Positions 39,464 to 50,700 are shown, counted from the stretch's first letter. The stretch: DNA of 64,000 nucleotides from a bacterium (GCA_965261595.1 CBDHDG010000004.1:96001-160000), one strand, 5' to 3'. Numbers and translations: made by a program. Notes: a model not told the origin generated them from the sequence alone.

Positions 39464-40406
39464 GAACGCCGCGGCCAGCCGCGTTCAGGGATTCCTGAAT
39501 ATTGACAAGGCGGCGGGGCCCACGTCCCATGACATCGTAGCCCGGCTGCGAAAGGTCCTTCCGGGGGTCCGCGTGGGTCATGGGGGAACCCTCGACCCGG
39601 CGGCGGAGGGGGTCCTGCCCATCTTCCTGGGCGCGGCCACCAAATATTTCGATTTCCTGCTCGAATCCCGGAAGACGTATCTCGCCACCGTCCGCCTCGG
39701 GATCATCACGTCCACCCAGGACCGCGACGGAGAGGTGATCGAGGAGCGGCCGGTGGGAGACCTGGACCGTGATGCCTTCTTCGCTCTCCTGAAGAAGTTT
39801 GAAGGGGAGATCGAACAGGTGCCGCCCATGTTCTCGGCGCGCCGGCATCAGGGAAAGCGGCTCTACGAGCTGGCCCGCGCCGGCATCGAAGTGGAACGGA
39901 AGCCCCATAAGGGCAAGGTCTATTGGATCCGGATCTTGTCGGTTGAGGAACCCGAGGTCACCTTCGAGGTCCAGTGCGGCAGCGGCACCTACGTCCGAAC
40001 CCTCTGCCATGACATCGGTCTGGCCTGGGGGACCGGGGGACATCTCTGCCGGCTGACCCGCAAGGCGGTGGGGGCTTTCGCGGTGGAGGACGCCGTCTCG
40101 CTGGAGATCGCCGAAGAACGAATTCGCGAGGGACGGCTGAGCGATGTCCTGAAGTCCGTGGAGGAAGGGTTGTCCTTCCTTCCCGGTGTCAACCTGATGC
40201 GGTCGCCGACCGGAGGCTTGCGGCGGGGCCTGTGGATCCTGGAGGGAATTTTCATCCGAAACATCCCGGAGTGCCCTCCGGGAAATCACGTTCGACTGGT
40301 CGACAACTCCGGCCGGACGCTGGGCATCGCCCGTGTCGTGCCCGGCGAGCCGGTGCGGCTCCAAGTCCGCAAGGTGATCGATCCGCCCGCGGAATTCTCC
40401 GCGTGA
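39435..40406 (+). CDS. truB: tRNA pseudouridine(55) synthase TruB
   Basis: IDKAAGPTSHD, GHGGTLDP, QVPPMFSA, CGSGTYVRTL; start uncertain. Confidence 0.95.
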   Translation: MPLLQASKIKNAAASRVQGFLNIDKAAGPTSHDIVARLRKVLPGVRVGHGGTLDPAAEGVLPIFLGAATKYFDFLLESRKTYLATVRLGIITSTQDRDGEVIEERPVGDLDRDAFFALLKKFEGEIEQVPPMFSARRHQGKRLYELARAGIEVERKPHKGKVYWIRILSVEEPEVTFEVQCGSGTYVRTLCHDIGLAWGTGGHLCRLTRKAVGAFAVEDAVSLEIAEERIREGRLSDVLKSVEEGLSFLPGVNLMRSPTGGLRRGLWILEGIFIRNIPECPPGNHVRLVDNSGRTLGIARVVPGEPVRLQVRKVIDPPAEFSA

Positions 40407-40440
40407 ATCCGCGGCGCTCACGCGTTGAAGGAAAATCCAG

Positions 40441-40707
40441 ATGATTACGAAGGAGCAGAAAGAAGGGCTGATCGAGGAATATCGGCATCACGACAGCGAC
40501 ACGGGGTCGCCCGAAGTCCAGATTGCGATCCTGAGCAACCGAATCGGTTACCTGACCGAGCATATGAAAGTTCACAAAAAAGATTTCAACACCCGTCGGG
40601 GTCTGTTGAAGCTCGTCGGCCAACGAAGGCGGCTTCTTGATTATCTCAAGGAGAAAAACATCGACCGGTACCGCACCGTCATCCAAAGACTCAATATTCG
40701 TCGGTGA
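40441..40707 (+). CDS. rpsO: 30S ribosomal protein S15
   Basis: [35 protein letters not shown]. Confidence 0.98.
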   Translation: MITKEQKEGLIEEYRHHDSDTGSPEVQIAILSNRIGYLTEHMKVHKKDFNTRRGLLKLVGQRRRLLDYLKEKNIDRYRTVIQRLNIRR

Positions 40708-40728
40708 CCGGAAGAGAGGAGTAACTGA

Positions 40729-42822
40729 ATGCATCACAAGTTAGAACTGGAAATTGCCGGAAGAACCCTGACCATCGAAACCGGGGAAATGGCGAAGCAG
40801 GCGGACGGCGCGGTCGTCGTCAGCTACGGGGAATCGATGATCCTCGCGGCCGTTGTCGCCGATGGCGTCCGGCCGGGACTCGATTTTTTCCCCCTCACCG
40901 TGGATTACCGCGAGAAATTCTTCTCGGCGGGCAAGATTCCCGGCGGGTTTTTCAAGCGGGAGGGGCGCCCGACGGAAAAAGAGATCCTCACGTGCCGCCT
41001 GATCGACCGGCCCGTCCGGCCCCTGTTTCCCGATGGGTTCAAAGAAGATACGCAGATCATCGTCGGCACCTTGTCGCACGACGCGACGAACGACCCCGAT
41101 ATTCTGGCCCTGATCGGCGCGTCCGCGGCGTTGAGCATTTCCGACATCCCGTTCCACGGCCCCATCGGCACGGTTCGGATCGGACGGCTGGACGGCCGGC
41201 TGATCATCAATCCCACCTACGAGGAGTTGGAGGGTGGAGACCTGAACGTGGTCCTGGCCGGGACGGCGGACTCTATCGTTATGGTCGAAGGAGGGGCGGA
41301 CGGGGTCTCCGAAGAGGTGATGGTCGAAGCCTTTGAAGAAGGTCACCCGGTCATCCGGGACATCGTCGCTTTGCAGGTGGAGCTCCAGTCCCTGGCGGGC
41401 CGCCCGGACCGGGCCTTCGAGGTCCCGGTGAAGGATGAGGAGCTCGTGCGTCAGTTGCGCGAGCGCCTCGGAAACCGTCTGCGCGAAACCACGCTCATCC
41501 CGGAAAAGCACAAACGTGAGGAGACCCTGCATGCTCTCCGGGATGAAATGGTCGAAGCGCTCGGCGGAGAGGATCAGGACGTCCGGAAGCGGGTGGGCGG
41601 CGAGTTTCACGATCTGGAGTCCGAGGAAGTTCGCCGCTCGATCATTGAGAACGGGGTCCGAACCGACGGCCGGGATCTGTCCACGGTCCGTCCCATCTCG
41701 GGCCGGGTGAAGGTGATGCCGCGCACGCACGGCTCCTGCCTGTTCACGCGCGGCGAGACGCAGGCCCTGGTGGTCGCGACGCTGGGCACCGGGGACGACG
41801 AACAGCCCTTGGACAACCTCGAGGGCCGGGGCCGCAAGTCGTTCATGCTTCATTACAACTTCCCGGCCTTCTGCACGGGCGAAACCAAGCCCATCCGGGG
41901 ACCCGCCCGCAGGGAGATTGGGCACGGCGCTCTGGCCGAGCGGGCCGTGCGGCCCGTCCTGCCCGACCACGAATCCTTTCCCTACACGATTCGGATTGTC
42001 TCGGACATCCTGGAGTCGAACGGCTCTTCCTCTATGGCGACGGTGTGCGGAAGCAGCCTCTCGCTGATGGACGCGGGCGTGCCCATCCTCGCGCCCGTGG
42101 CCGGGATCGCCATGGGTCTCATCATGGAGGGAGACCGCCCGTACATCCTGACGGACATTTTAGGGCTGGAAGACCACTTGGGCGATATGGATTTCAAGGT
42201 CGCCGGCACCCGGGAAGGGATCACCGCGATCCAGATGGACATCAAGATCGAGGGTCTGTCGATGGACATCATGAAAACCGCCCTCGCCCGGGCCAAGGAG
42301 GCGAGGCTGCACGTCCTCGACCGGATGGAGACCATCCTTTCCGAGCGCCGTGCGGAGCTCTCTCCCTATGCGCCGCGCATCTTTACGGTCAAAGTTCGGC
42401 CGGAGAAGGTGCGTGATGTCATCGGCCCCGGCGGCAAGGTCGTGCGGGGGATCATCGAGAAGACCGGCGTCACCATCGACATCGAAGACGACGGCACCAT
42501 CCTGGTCGCCTCGATTGATGAGCCTTCGGCCAGGGCGGCCATCGCCATGATCGACGACCTGACGCAAGAGGCCGAAATCGGAAAGATTTACCGCGGCATC
42601 GTGAAGAAGATCATGGACTTCGGCGCGTTCGTCGAAATTTTCCCGGGCACCGACGGGTTGGTCCACATCTCCCAGCTCGACCACACCCGGGTCAAGACCG
42701 TGACGGATATCGTCAAGGAAGGGGACGAGGTCATGGTCAAGGTGCTGGAAATCGACGGCCAGGGAAGAATCCGCCTGAGTCGGAAGGAAGCCTTGAAGAA
42801 GACCGAATCGAACGGGTCGTAA
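40729..42822 (+). CDS. pnp: Polyribonucleotide nucleotidyltransferase (PNPase)
   Basis: DFFPLTVDY, FTRGETQ, ESNGSSSMA, DMDFKVAG, KH and S1 domains. Confidence 0.98.
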   Translation: MHHKLELEIAGRTLTIETGEMAKQADGAVVVSYGESMILAAVVADGVRPGLDFFPLTVDYREKFFSAGKIPGGFFKREGRPTEKEILTCRLIDRPVRPLFPDGFKEDTQIIVGTLSHDATNDPDILALIGASAALSISDIPFHGPIGTVRIGRLDGRLIINPTYEELEGGDLNVVLAGTADSIVMVEGGADGVSEEVMVEAFEEGHPVIRDIVALQVELQSLAGRPDRAFEVPVKDEELVRQLRERLGNRLRETTLIPEKHKREETLHALRDEMVEALGGEDQDVRKRVGGEFHDLESEEVRRSIIENGVRTDGRDLSTVRPISGRVKVMPRTHGSCLFTRGETQALVVATLGTGDDEQPLDNLEGRGRKSFMLHYNFPAFCTGETKPIRGPARREIGHGALAERAVRPVLPDHESFPYTIRIVSDILESNGSSSMATVCGSSLSLMDAGVPILAPVAGIAMGLIMEGDRPYILTDILGLEDHLGDMDFKVAGTREGITAIQMDIKIEGLSMDIMKTALARAKEARLHVLDRMETILSERRAELSPYAPRIFTVKVRPEKVRDVIGPGGKVVRGIIEKTGVTIDIEDDGTILVASIDEPSARAAIAMIDDLTQEAEIGKIYRGIVKKIMDFGAFVEIFPGTDGLVHISQLDHTRVKTVTDIVKEGDEVMVKVLEIDGQGRIRLSRKEALKKTESNGS

Positions 42823-42862
42823 TACGCGCGCGAGGAAAGACCGGTCGCTGTCGCGACGAAGG

Positions 42863-42899
42863 AAAGTGGACCGGGCTTGTCCCATGTCCACTTTTTTTT
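42863..42899 (+). terminator. Rho-independent terminator after pnp
   Basis: AAAGTGGAC...GTCCAC followed by T8. Confidence 0.8.
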
Positions 42900-43128
42900 C
42901 GCCCCCCTGTCGGGTTGCCGCCGCGCTGGAGACCAGAAGGCCGGTCCGGCGCCTTCGCACGAGAACTTCCGCGCCCTCCCGGTTGTCATAATCCGAGAGC
43001 GATCCCGTCCCGGGACGGGTCCGGGGCGGGCTGTCCATCGGCCCTTGAAAGTCCGGCTTGATGGGTTTGATAATGACGGTGTGGGGAAGCGGATGTGGAA
43101 GACGCGATTCGGGAGGGCCGGAAGGCCG

Positions 43129-44330
43129 ATGATTGATCCGCAAACCCTGATTTCTTCCGGGCGTCGCGATCGCGGACGCCCCCCGGCGCGCCGATCGGGA
43201 TTGTTCGCCCCGGCGCTGGCGGCGTTTCTGGCGCTGGCCGTGTGGGTGGGCGCGGCGGCGCCGGCCCGAAGCGACGAGTCTCCTTTGCTGCTCATGTTCA
43301 AAGGGCAGGCCCTCAATAATCAAGGGCGCTACGAAGAGGCGGGAAAAATCCTCCGGCGCGCCGTGACGCTCAGCCCCGCTGAGACCTTCGGACGGAACCA
43401 GCTTGGTCTTTCGATGGCCAAGTTGGACCAGCGGGCGGAGGCTGTCGCGCAATTCCGGCAAGTCCTGCGGCTGGACCCGGATAACTTTTTCGCGCGCGCC
43501 TGGCTCGGGGTGCTCAAGCAAAACCCCATCGACCGGCTCCTCCCCTCCAAGCCGAAGGCCCTATCGCTGCAGGAGCGCTTGGCGCTGAGCGAGGAGAAGC
43601 GCATGCTCTCGCGTCTTTCGGGAGGAGGAGGATTGAACCTGCGCATCGGACGGGTCGTCATCGATCCCGGCCACGGAGGCTGGGATTCAGGGGCCAAAGG
43701 CCCGACCGGATACATGGAAAAGCAGGCCACCCTCGATATCTCCAGGACCTTGAACCGCTTGCTGACGCGGCGGGGCGGGGGCGGGGGAGGGAAGGTGAAG
43801 TCGTTTCTGACCCGGTGCGGGGATTATTACCTTCCGCTAGCCGAGCGGACGACCATCCCAACCAATACCGCGCGGACATCTTCGTCAGTATCCACATCAA
43901 CTCCAACAACAACCGCGGGGCCAACGGAACGCAAACGTTCTTTTCCTCTGAAAAGGCCTCCAGCAAAGAGGCCGCCCGCGTGGCGAGCCGGGAGAACGCG
44001 GTGGCGCGTGAAGAAGGGGTGTTTCCCGCCAGACCCGGTTTTGTGGACATCGAAGACATCCTCTTCCGGTTCGAGCGAAAGCTCTACTGGTCGGACAGCG
44101 AGAGGCTGGCCTCACGGTTTCAACGCGGCACGGGCGGCGCCCTGGGCCTGAAAAACCGGGGGATCGCGTCGGCCAATTTCTTCGTCCTGCGAAACGCGCG
44201 GATGCCCGCGGTGCTGGTCGAAGTGGCGTTCATCTCAAACCCGCGGGAAGAAGCCCTGCTGAAGACCCGGTCGTTTCGCACGAAGGTGGCCGAGACGATC
44301 TTCACGCAAATCATGAGCTACCGGCGATGA
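43129..44330 (+). pseudogene. Exported TPR + N-acetylmuramoyl-L-alanine amidase (Amidase_3), frameshifted near 43857
   Basis: Signal peptide, TPRs, VVIDPGHGG.D.GA, EK..TL in one frame; ADIFVSIHIN, FFVLR..RMPAVLVEVAFISN in the next. Confidence 0.85.
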
Positions 44331-45199
44331 GACCTTCCGCGCGAAAATCGGTCATTTGGCTGGGGTGGATCCTGCTCGCCGTCGCGTCCGCGTGGGCTTT
44401 TCCCCCCGAGGCGTCTCCGCAAACGCAAGGGCTGGTTTTCGAGGCGGTTCGTGAACGTGAGAAAGGAAACCTGGATCAGGCCCTCGACCTGTTTCGGCGC
44501 GCCGTCGCCGCCAATCCCAGGCACCGGTTCAGCACGTTCGCCCGAAACCAGATGGCGCTCATCCTGGCGAAACAGGGGAAGATCCCCGAGGCCCTGCGCG
44601 TGTTCGAGGAAGTCCAGGGGATCGATTCGAAGAACACGTTCGCGCGGCTTTGGGCGGGCATCCTCCGGCTGAAGCGGGGAGAGATGGACCGGGCCTTCGC
44701 GGCATTTCAGAAAGTCGCCCGCATCGATCCGCAAAACGCGGACGCCTACTACTACATGGGCGCCATCTACAGCTTTCGGCGCAACCGCCGGACGGCCATC
44801 GAGTTTTTGAAAAAGGCGCGCGACGCGAACTCCGATGAGGCCGACACCCATTTTCGGCTGGCCCAGGCCTTTCACAACGCCGATATGGTGGAAAACGCCC
44901 TGCTTGAGTATCAGAGGACCCTGGACCTCAACCCCCGATACACGAAGGCGATGAATTCGATGGGCTGGATATACTACAATCGAAATCAATTCGATCGGGC
45001 CGTCGGGCTCTGGGGAAAGGCCCTGCGCCTGAACCCCAAAGACCGGGAGGCCCGGTTCAACCTGGCCAAGGCGTACAATGATGCTGCTTGGAGGCGCCAC
45101 CAGGCCGGAAAGCGAGACGAAGCCCGGCGGTTTTGGAGAAAGACGTTGGGTGTTCATCCCCGAAACAAGGCCGCCAAATGGAACCTGAAAAACCTCTAG
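44327..45199 (+). CDS. Exported tetratricopeptide-repeat protein
   Basis: Signal peptide plus about 6-7 TPR motifs (e.g. ADAYYYMGAIY, EARFNLAKAY). Confidence 0.85.
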   Translation: MRPSARKSVIWLGWILLAVASAWAFPPEASPQTQGLVFEAVREREKGNLDQALDLFRRAVAANPRHRFSTFARNQMALILAKQGKIPEALRVFEEVQGIDSKNTFARLWAGILRLKRGEMDRAFAAFQKVARIDPQNADAYYYMGAIYSFRRNRRTAIEFLKKARDANSDEADTHFRLAQAFHNADMVENALLEYQRTLDLNPRYTKAMNSMGWIYYNRNQFDRAVGLWGKALRLNPKDREARFNLAKAYNDAAWRRHQAGKRDEARRFWRKTLGVHPRNKAAKWNLKNL

Positions 45200-45281
45200 A
45201 CGGCCCGGGGCCGCCTCGGCGGAGTCATTCGGGTCACCCGGCATTCAGCGGAAGAATCAAAATCGGAAGAGGAGGCGAGGA

Positions 45282-46305
45282 ATGAAGCCAAGATGGATTT
45301 CCCGGATGATCAGCGCGCCTTTGGGGGTCATGCTTTTTCTCGCGGGGCCGGCCTGGGCGCAACCCGACTGGGTGAAACAGGAGCGCCAATCCACCCTTCG
45401 CCGGGCCGAGCCGATCCGCGTCGGGGGCAGACAGCGCGGCCGCTCCATCGTGGACTGGCAACAGGGCTACATCCAGGTCACGACGCGGGCCACCGCCGAC
45501 CCGAAGATGTGCGTCAACATCTTCCAGTGCGCAGTCTCGCCGATCGGGCCGCGCGGACGCTGGCCTATGTCGAGCTTACCCGGATTATCAAGGGCGTGAG
45601 CGTGACCGCCTCGACCATCCTCCGGGATGAATTGGTCAAGGTGTCGGCGGCCCGGACGTTTGTGCGGGGTTTCATTCGGGGCGCCCGGCAGATCGGCGAG
45701 ACGCGGTTCAGAGAGATTCAGGGGACGAAACACGTCGAGGCCGAGGTGAGCATGGGCGTTCTGATCAATGGGGGCCTGACGCGCGGGATCCTGAAGCTCG
45801 AGTATAAGAAGCCGCCGATTCCGCCCCAACAAACCTACCGGCCCAAGACCTTCACCGTGAAGCTGGCGCCGCCTCCGCCCCGCCGGTCCGGCCGCCTTCG
45901 CAGGCGCCCGCGCCGAAGAAGGAGAGCGCCGCGTCTCCACCCGTCGCGCCCGGGGCCGTCTACACCGGGGTGATCATCGACGCCTCCGGCCTGGGGGCGC
46001 GGCCCGCCCTGGTCGCGAAGCTGCGGACACCGGACCTGAAGGTGTTTTAGGGGACGCACCTGGTCCCCCGTGAGCTGGCCATGAACTTCGGACTGGCCGG
46101 ATACGCGGGGACCGCGAAACAGGCCCGAGCCACGCACAAGTCGCGGATCGGCGAAAGTCCGCTCATCGTCAAAGGGCTGAGAGCGCACGGCACGAGGAAA
46201 GCCGACATCGTGTTGAGCGAAGAGGATAGTCAAAGGGTCGTCCTGGCGGATCTCAAAGGAAAATTCCTCCAGAAGGCCAAGGTCGTCATTGTGATCGACA
46301 AGTAG
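45282..46305 (+). pseudogene. Exported LPP20-like protein with two frameshifts and an in-frame TAG
   Basis: VDWQQGYIQVT / RAARTLAY..L...IKGVSV...VRGFIRGA / YTGVIIDASGLG..PAL...PLIVKG...ADIVLS..D...KVVIVID lie in three frames. Shifts near 45537 and 45880; TAG at 46048-46050. Confidence 0.7.
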
Positions 46306-46312
46306 GGGAGCC

Positions 46313-47464
46313 ATGAGACACTCGATCCGCGGGGCGCGCCGCGCTTTCCCGCACCGGATCCTGACACTCCTCGCCGTCGCGGCGGGCTTGCTGCTGGGGC
46401 TGAGCGGGATCGTTTCCGCCCAGGGCGGCAAGACCCTCTCCGTTCGGGCGGAGGGGTTCGGAACCATCATCGACGGCGATGTGGCGCAGGCGAAAAGCCG
46501 CGCGGAAGCGGACGCCCGCGTTTGCGCCCTGGAGAAGGCCGTCGGGGTCTACGTAGAGGCGGAGACCCTCGTCCAGAACGAGATCCTTCTCGACACGGCC
46601 GTACGCGACAAGACGGCCGGGTTCATCCAGAACTACCGCGTGCTCTCGGAAGGGAAGGCCAACGCGGGGACGTACCGGGTCGAGATCGAAGCCTGGATTG
46701 TCCCGAAGGCATTCCAGGGAAAACTGAAGCGTTTGCTCAGCAACGCCTCGGTCATCGTCCGGATCCCCGAGCGGCTCTGCGGCGAGCGGGTGGATGGCCC
46801 GACCATTGAAAATGAGGTCATCTCCGCTTTGACCGACCAGGGGTTCCGGGTCCTGGATCCCGAACAGGCCCGGAAAATCAAGCGCCGGGACGTTGCGCTC
46901 CTGACGCAAAAGCGGGACCGGAGCGCCCTGACCCGGACGGCCCTGAGGTTTCTATCCAACATCATCGTGGGCGGAGTCATCGAGGCGAAGCACGGTCAGA
47001 AGAACTTCGGTATTTACACCGCCCGCATGACCGGAAACATCCGAGTGGTGGAGGCCGACACGGCCAACATCCTGGCCAATAAGCGGATTCCCCGGAAGGT
47101 CCGGGGCGCGGCGGGTCTGAACTGCCGGGACGCGGCGGGCAAGGCCATCGACATGTTGGCCCCCGAACTGACGAAGTTCGTGACCGAGGCCTTGAGCGCG
47201 CACCCGAAGCAGAACCGCCGAAAAATCACCGTTGAAGCGCACGGACTCAAGACCGCCGGCGATTTTCAACGACTCCAGTTTCTCTTGAAGGAGATGGCCT
47301 GGGTCACGAACGTCCAGCCCCAGAGCTACACGAGGCGGACCGGCCGACTGACGCTTTCCTATCCCGAAAAGGTCGTCTATCTCGCGACCAGCCTGAACCG
47401 TCGCGCGGAGTATGAAGTGGCGTCGTTCGATTACAGCACGATCCTGTTGAAGACGAAGCCGTGA
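46313..47464 (+). CDS. Exported protein with FlgT-N-like domain
   Basis: Signal peptide; VRAEGFG.IIDGDVAQAK..AE.DA...ALEKAVGVYV.AETLVQN...GFIQNYRVLSE pattern. Confidence 0.65.
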   Translation: MRHSIRGARRAFPHRILTLLAVAAGLLLGLSGIVSAQGGKTLSVRAEGFGTIIDGDVAQAKSRAEADARVCALEKAVGVYVEAETLVQNEILLDTAVRDKTAGFIQNYRVLSEGKANAGTYRVEIEAWIVPKAFQGKLKRLLSNASVIVRIPERLCGERVDGPTIENEVISALTDQGFRVLDPEQARKIKRRDVALLTQKRDRSALTRTALRFLSNIIVGGVIEAKHGQKNFGIYTARMTGNIRVVEADTANILANKRIPRKVRGAAGLNCRDAAGKAIDMLAPELTKFVTEALSAHPKQNRRKITVEAHGLKTAGDFQRLQFLLKEMAWVTNVQPQSYTRRTGRLTLSYPEKVVYLATSLNRRAEYEVASFDYSTILLKTKP

Positions 47465-49063
47465 GCGCCTTCCGCCCGTTCCGCCGGCCCGCGGCGCCGG
47501 CCGCCGCCGTCCTCTTGGCCGCGGTCCTCTTTCTGGCCGCCGCCCCGCCCGTCCGGTCTCAGGGGATCACCGAGTCGTCGGGAATCGAAGCCCTCCGCGA
47601 GGCCCGGGAGTTCGTCGAGAGCGGACGGTTCCTCGAGGCCGCCGGGTTCCTGCAAGAGCTGGCCGAGTTGACGCCCTCGGACGAAATCAGGGCCCGCGCG
47701 CGGAAACTCGCCGGAGACGTCCTGAGCTACTGGCTTGAGAAGAGCAGGGCGGACCTGTCGGCTTACCTGGAGGCCCTCAAGGGGCCCCTGGATGGCACCG
47801 GGCGCTCGGCCGCGCTCTTCAACGTCGGGATGCTCTATTACGAGGAGCGGGATTTCGCCGATGCCGCGCAGGCCATGGAGACGTACCTCCGCGAGTTCCC
47901 GGCCGGCCTGCGGGCGCCCACGGCCCGGTTCATCCTTGAGCTGGCGAAAGGGAAGGCCGGAGAAAAAGAGGCCCCGCCGCCCGAAGTCGAGCGTGAGAAG
48001 CCCTCCGTCGCCCTGGAGACGGATCCGGAGATCCGTGTGAGGGTCTTGAAGGGAACGCGTAGCGCGGAGCTGGCCTCGGACAAGCCGATGAAGATTCGGA
48101 TTCTCAAACAGGCGAGCGAATTCCGCCTCGGGGCCGCTGTCCGTGTGGAGGTCCGCTCGGGCCGCCTTCACGTTCTGGGCCGGGCGGTCGGGGGCGACGC
48201 CGCGGAGATCCGCCCGACGCAAGGGACGATCAGGCTCAACGGAAGGGCGTATCGGGGCCGGTTGACGGTACGCGTTGAAGACGGGCGTCTCCTCGTCGTG
48301 AACACGCTCAAGCTGGAGAATTATCTCCGGGCGGTCGTCCCGAAGGAGATGATCGCGAGTTGGCCCATCGAGGCGCTCAAGGCCCAGGCGGTCGCGGCCC
48401 GGACGTACGCCCTCTACCAGCGCCGCAAACGCATGGATTACCTCTACGACGTGGACGCGACGATCCTCTCGCAGGTTTACGGCGGGGAAAAGACCGAGCG
48501 GCCGAAGACCGACCGGGCCGTCTCCGAGACCCGGGGAAAGGTCCTCCTGAAAGGAGGCCGTCTCGTCCTGGCCTATTTCCACGCCAACAGCGGGGGTTTC
48601 ACCGAGGATTCGGGAAACGTGTGGCGGGTCAGCTTTCCGTACCTGCAATCCAAGGCGGACCCCTACAGCCGCCGGAAGAAGAGCGCCTGGGCGTACGGTC
48701 TGTCGCTGGCCGAGCTCTCCCGCCGCCTGAAGAGGCGGGGCATCCGGGTGGGACGGGTATCCCGGGTCATCCCGCTGGAGCGGACCGCCTCGGGACGCAT
48801 CAAGGCGTTTCGCGTGGTGGGCAGCCGGGGAAGCCGGAAGCTTTCGGGCAACACGTTCCGCATCGGCGTCGGGTCCACCCGGATGCGGAGCACCCTCGTC
48901 CAGTTCCGGGGGGGGGGATAGCCGTTTGAAAATGGAAGGCCGGGGTCTCGGCCACGGCGTCGGGATGAGTCAGTGGGGCGCCAACGAGATGGCCCGGCGC
49001 GGGATGAGTCATCGGAAGATCCTGTCCTTTTATTATCCGGGAACGCGGTTGACGGGCCGTTGA
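47461..49063 (+). pseudogene. TPR + SpoIID/LytB lytic transglycosylase, frameshifted at a G10 tract (48908-48917)
   Basis: YRGRL, LENYLRAVVPKEM, EALKAQAVAARTYA, SQVYGG, FHANSGG. The terminal GHGVGMSQWGA...ILSFYYPG motif is in a different frame ending at TGA 49063. Confidence 0.88.
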
Positions 49064-49134
49064 GCGGAACGGCTCACCGAGAAGAGATGGTTCAACACCA
49101 AAATAATCTGGTTCCCTTCAGGGAGGTGACAACC

Positions 49135-50610
49135 ATGCGGCGCCTCAGCCAAACTTTGTTCTTCGGCCTCGCGGTCCTGTTTCTTCTCGCGCCTGTTTCG
49201 GCGCGCGCCCAGTGGGGAGCGGGGCAATGCCTGGTGCCAGGTCTCAGCCCCTCCGCTGTGATCGCGTCGTGCGAGGACGCCCTCAACATCGACCCGACGC
49301 ATCCCGAGGTTCTCTATAAGATCGGCTGGGCGTTGTCCGAAATGGGGGATCACCTTGAGGCCGTCTTGTCCTACCGGGAGGCGATCCGGAACCAGCCGAA
49401 CTACCCCCAGGCTTACTTCGGCCTGGGGAAGTCGCTGGAAAAGCTCGATCGTTTCGATGAAGCCATCGCCGCTTACCGGAAGGCCCTCCGGCCGAATCCG
49501 GAGAACGCCGCCGCGGAGAAGCTGGACACCGCCGCGAAGAAGCGGATCGATTCGCTCTCGGCGGGGATGCAAAGCCCGAAAAAGGAAGAGCCGCCTCGCG
49601 CCCTGGCGGCCAAAAAAACAGATCGAAAGACTGAGAAGCGGCGGAAAAAGGCCGCGCCCCTCGCCAAACGCAAGGTCGAGCGGAAAGAAGGATCCGTTTC
49701 GAAGCGCCCCAAGGCGGGAGAAAACCGTCCGGAGAAGCGGGCGCGGCTCGACGCCCCGAAATCACCGAAAAAGAGGACAGGGAAGGGGGGTGAGGAAGGG
49801 AAATTTCGCTTCGCGAAGGGGAAGGTCAACAAATACGCCGTCATCATCGGCAACCGGAATTACAACAAAAATTCCAAGGACATCCCCAACGTGAAGTTCG
49901 CCCATAACGACGCCGACGCCGTTTACGCCTACGTGAGGCGGGCGCTGGGTTACCGGGAAGGAAACATCATCCGTCTCCGGGACGCGACGCAGGCCCAGCT
50001 TGTCAGCACGTTCGGGACAAAGGCTGATCACCGGGGGAAGCTGAACAACTGGGTGCGGCCCGGAAAGTCGGACGTCTTCATTTTCTACTCGGGTCACGGG
50101 GTTCCGGGTCTTTCCGACGGACGCAGTTACCTGCTCCCCGTGGACGCCGATCCGGCGACGCCTCAACTGAACGGCTACCCCCTGGCAACGCTTTATGCCA
50201 ACCTCGGCAAGCTGCAGGCGCGGAGCATCACTGTGATGCTCGACGCCTGCTTCTCGGGAGGCTCGGCCGGCGGCGTAGTGGTCCGGAGCACGTCTTCGAT
50301 CGGCGTTGTTCCGAGAAAGCCCCCCCGGACGCCCGCCGGGGCCGTTGTTCCGACCGCCGCCGGAACGGACCAGGTGGCCTCTTGGGACCATGAAGCCCGG
50401 TTGGGACTTTTCACCCGTTACGTTCTTGAGGGACTCGCCGGGGCCGCCGATCGGGATGAGTTCGGCGACGGCAACGGAAAGGTGACGCTGGCCGAGCTGG
50501 GGAATTTCCTCAAGGACGAGATGACCTACCAGGCCCGGCGCCGGTTCGGCCGGCGGCAGACGCCCGAATTGAAGGGAAACCCCGGACGGGTGTTGAGTAC
50601 GGTGCGGTAG
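49135..50610 (+). CDS. Exported TPR + caspase-like (peptidase C14) protein
   Basis: RBS GGAGG, signal peptide, TPRs, Lys-rich linker, YAVIIGN, FIFYSGHG (His) and LDACFSG (Cys), GLFTRY, QTP. Confidence 0.88.
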   Translation: MRRLSQTLFFGLAVLFLLAPVSARAQWGAGQCLVPGLSPSAVIASCEDALNIDPTHPEVLYKIGWALSEMGDHLEAVLSYREAIRNQPNYPQAYFGLGKSLEKLDRFDEAIAAYRKALRPNPENAAAEKLDTAAKKRIDSLSAGMQSPKKEEPPRALAAKKTDRKTEKRRKKAAPLAKRKVERKEGSVSKRPKAGENRPEKRARLDAPKSPKKRTGKGGEEGKFRFAKGKVNKYAVIIGNRNYNKNSKDIPNVKFAHNDADAVYAYVRRALGYREGNIIRLRDATQAQLVSTFGTKADHRGKLNNWVRPGKSDVFIFYSGHGVPGLSDGRSYLLPVDADPATPQLNGYPLATLYANLGKLQARSITVMLDACFSGGSAGGVVVRSTSSIGVVPRKPPRTPAGAVVPTAAGTDQVASWDHEARLGLFTRYVLEGLAGAADRDEFGDGNGKVTLAELGNFLKDEMTYQARRRFGRRQTPELKGNPGRVLSTVR

Positions 50611-50700
50611 GCCTCAGGCGCTTATCGGGTGAAACATGCACCGACAAAGAGCGGGGGAAAGAGGGGAGGGGGGGCTGTCCTGCGACAGCGCGCTCTTCGC

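Noticed and set aside
26213..46050. Two in-frame TAG codons in otherwise continuous frames (26215-26213 and 46048-46050) as possible pyrrolysine or stop-codon recoding
   Set aside because: TAG is the normal stop of many intact genes here (lptE, ntrY, purM, ispG, proS, rimP, infB), both genes also carry frameshifts, and no pyl genes are visible.
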